Positions 62,753 through 64,000 of a stretch of DNA of 64,000 bases are shown one piece after another (positions within the stretch are counted from its first letter, which is position 1; each line of letters opens with the position of its first letter). A program made the position numbers and the translations under genes. Below the pieces are notes generated by a model that was not told where the DNA came from, ran no database searches, and saw only the letters and a program-made list of their open reading frames with translations. Origin of the DNA: Actinomycetota bacterium (GTDB taxonomy: Bacteria; Actinomycetota; UBA4738; JBBDHU01); contig JBBDHU010000003.1 in NCBI GenBank assembly GCA_040880705.1, positions 215,476-279,475 on the forward strand, read 5' to 3'.

Positions 62753-64000
62753 TCGCCGATCCCCGTCGCGATCTGTTGCGGAGTCAAGTCGTCCGAAACG
62801 CGACGGTAGAGTCCGAGTTTCCCGGCCCAGGCTCCCAGCGCCGCCGCAACCAGCACCAGGACCAGCCCGTAAGCGGCTACCACGTAGTCGAGATCAACTT
62901 TCGCGCTGGCCGCAACGAATAGCACCGCCGCCGGGATGGCGTAAGAAAGCGCATATGTGATGTCGAACAGCGCGTATGCGCGGCCGCGGAAGTCGTCCGG
63001 CAACGACTGCTGTGTCACGGTGTCGGCCGCGACCTTGACCATGAAGAATCCGAAACCGGCGAAGAAAGTGGCCGCGTAGCGGCCTGCGGATGTGAAGGGC
63101 ACAAGCAACGCCGCCCCCCCGGCGAGGAACATGAAGGTCACCACGACCTTGGCCGGCGCGCGATTGTCCTTCACCTTCTGCGCGTAAAAGAGCCCGATCG
63201 CGGCGCCGATCCCCGCGAAGATCACGCTGACGATGACCTCCGTTTGGGCCCCGCCACCGGCCCCCTTCGCCCCGGTGAGGGTCTCGAAGGCCGCAAACGA
63301 TATCGACAGGCCGATGAACCCGAACACCAGCGTTCGTGTGAACCAGAACGAGAGGATGCCGAAACCGGCGGCCGGGCGCTTTCTTACCTCGCGTATCCCA
63401 GCCACGACGCTTCGCAGTACGCCGCGAAGCGCCGCGCCTATCGTCCCCGACGGTGTGCCTGATTCGAGACGCCCGATGTCTCTCGCGAACCTGCCGGCGA
63501 TGGCATACAGAGCGATTGCCAGAACGGCGATGAACCCGGTGTTCAGATCCTTGAAGATCGTGCCGACCGCAACGGCGAAGATCGCACCGCCGGCCTGGAA
63601 GATCGTGCCGCCTGCTTGCGAGAGGGAATTGGCGAGGAGGAGGTCCTTGCCTCCCACCGCGTCCGGCAGACCCGCGCCCTTGATAAGCAACGTCAAGCGG
63701 AACCCCGCCAGCACGAGCAAGGCGAGCGCGGAGAGAATCGCGACGGAGTCGACGCCGAGCAGGAGCATCGCCACCGCCAGCACCATCAATGCAGCCCGCG
63801 CATAGTTAGCCACGACCAGCAGCCGCCGGCGGTCGAAGCGATCCGCGAGAACCCCGACGATCGGGGCAATAACCGCGAAAGGTAGGTAGGTAAGGAAAAC
63901 GAGCGCCATCAGGTCTCGCCCGGTCTTCGCATCGTCGGGGTTGAGCGCCGCAGTAAGGATCGTTCCCGCGACAACGCCGTCACCGGCCATCGACAGGAAC
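62749..64000 (-). CDS. MFS transporter (5'-truncated by the window edge)
   Basis: About 11 TM visible. GVLADRFDRRRLL loop motif. The frame stays open upstream of 63990 to the window end (..FLSMAGDG). Confidence 0.8.
   Translation of the reverse strand, partial: FLSMAGDGVVAGTILTAALNPDDAKTGRDLMALVFLTYLPFAVIAPIVGVLADRFDRRRLLVVANYARAALMVLAVAMLLLGVDSVAILSALALLVLAGFRLTLLIKGAGLPDAVGGKDLLLANSLSQAGGTIFQAGGAIFAVAVGTIFKDLNTGFIAVLAIALYAIAGRFARDIGRLESGTPSGTIGAALRGVLRSVVAGIREVRKRPAAGFGILSFWFTRTLVFGFIGLSISFAAFETLTGAKGAGGGAQTEVIVSVIFAGIGAAIGLFYAQKVKDNRAPAKVVVTFMFLAGGAALLVPFTSAGRYAATFFAGFGFFMVKVAADTVTQQSLPDDFRGRAYALFDITYALSYAIPAAVLFVAASAKVDLDYVVAAYGLVLVLVAAALGAWAGKLGLYRRVSDDLTPQQIATGIGD

Overview
High-GC (roughly 65% by eye, not computed), densely coding chromosomal segment. 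Gene content and synteny look Actinomycetota-like: class A PBP next to a DUF5318 gene, and a Tad/Flp pilus operon with an ssd-like ATPase arranged like M. tuberculosis Rv3654c-Rv3660c. I support about 75 CDS, one tRNA and several repeats and hairpins. Many long ORFs in the track that lie antisense to, or out of frame with, these genes are Arg/Pro/Gly-rich GC artefacts and are not called. Layout: (1) 0-16 kb, core envelope and pilus genes, a NarL-type two-component pair and a vapBC-like TA pair. (2) 16.4-23.5 kb, the only clearly accessory region. A tRNA-Sec (selC, 17347..17439) is followed by three partial direct copies of its own 3' half (19203..19243, 20248..20271, 21011..21049). Each copy heads a small, visibly more AT-rich gene block. 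Two copies are preceded by homologous arms carrying about 10-bp-phased GTGGAC repeats. No integrase or transposase is present anywhere in the window. This region also holds duplicated META-lipoprotein/membrane-protein modules and a cupredoxin gene remnant. (3) 23.5-34.9 kb, typA, a PAS-GAF-PP2C phosphatase, EamA exporters, a small redox/membrane cluster, cspA and a PerM-type transporter. (4) 35-48 kb, a very dense signalling island with 4 histidine kinases, 7 receiver domains, one Hpt, HD-GYP, OmpR and receiver-less LuxR outputs, mostly translationally coupled. (5) 48-64 kb, housekeeping and miscellaneous genes: M20 peptidase, PlsC, a sigma-70 factor, a NarL pair, a BNR-repeat protein, an AAA+ ATPase, an amidase, a TusA/DsrE operon and a partial MFS gene. 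The most interesting signals are the selC cassette-like array with phased repeats, an in-frame TGA in a membrane-protein gene (50943..51758), an unannotated 54-codon ORF plus a perfect GC hairpin inside the signalling island, and the architecture of that island. All family names come from motif recognition and memory. No database search was run.
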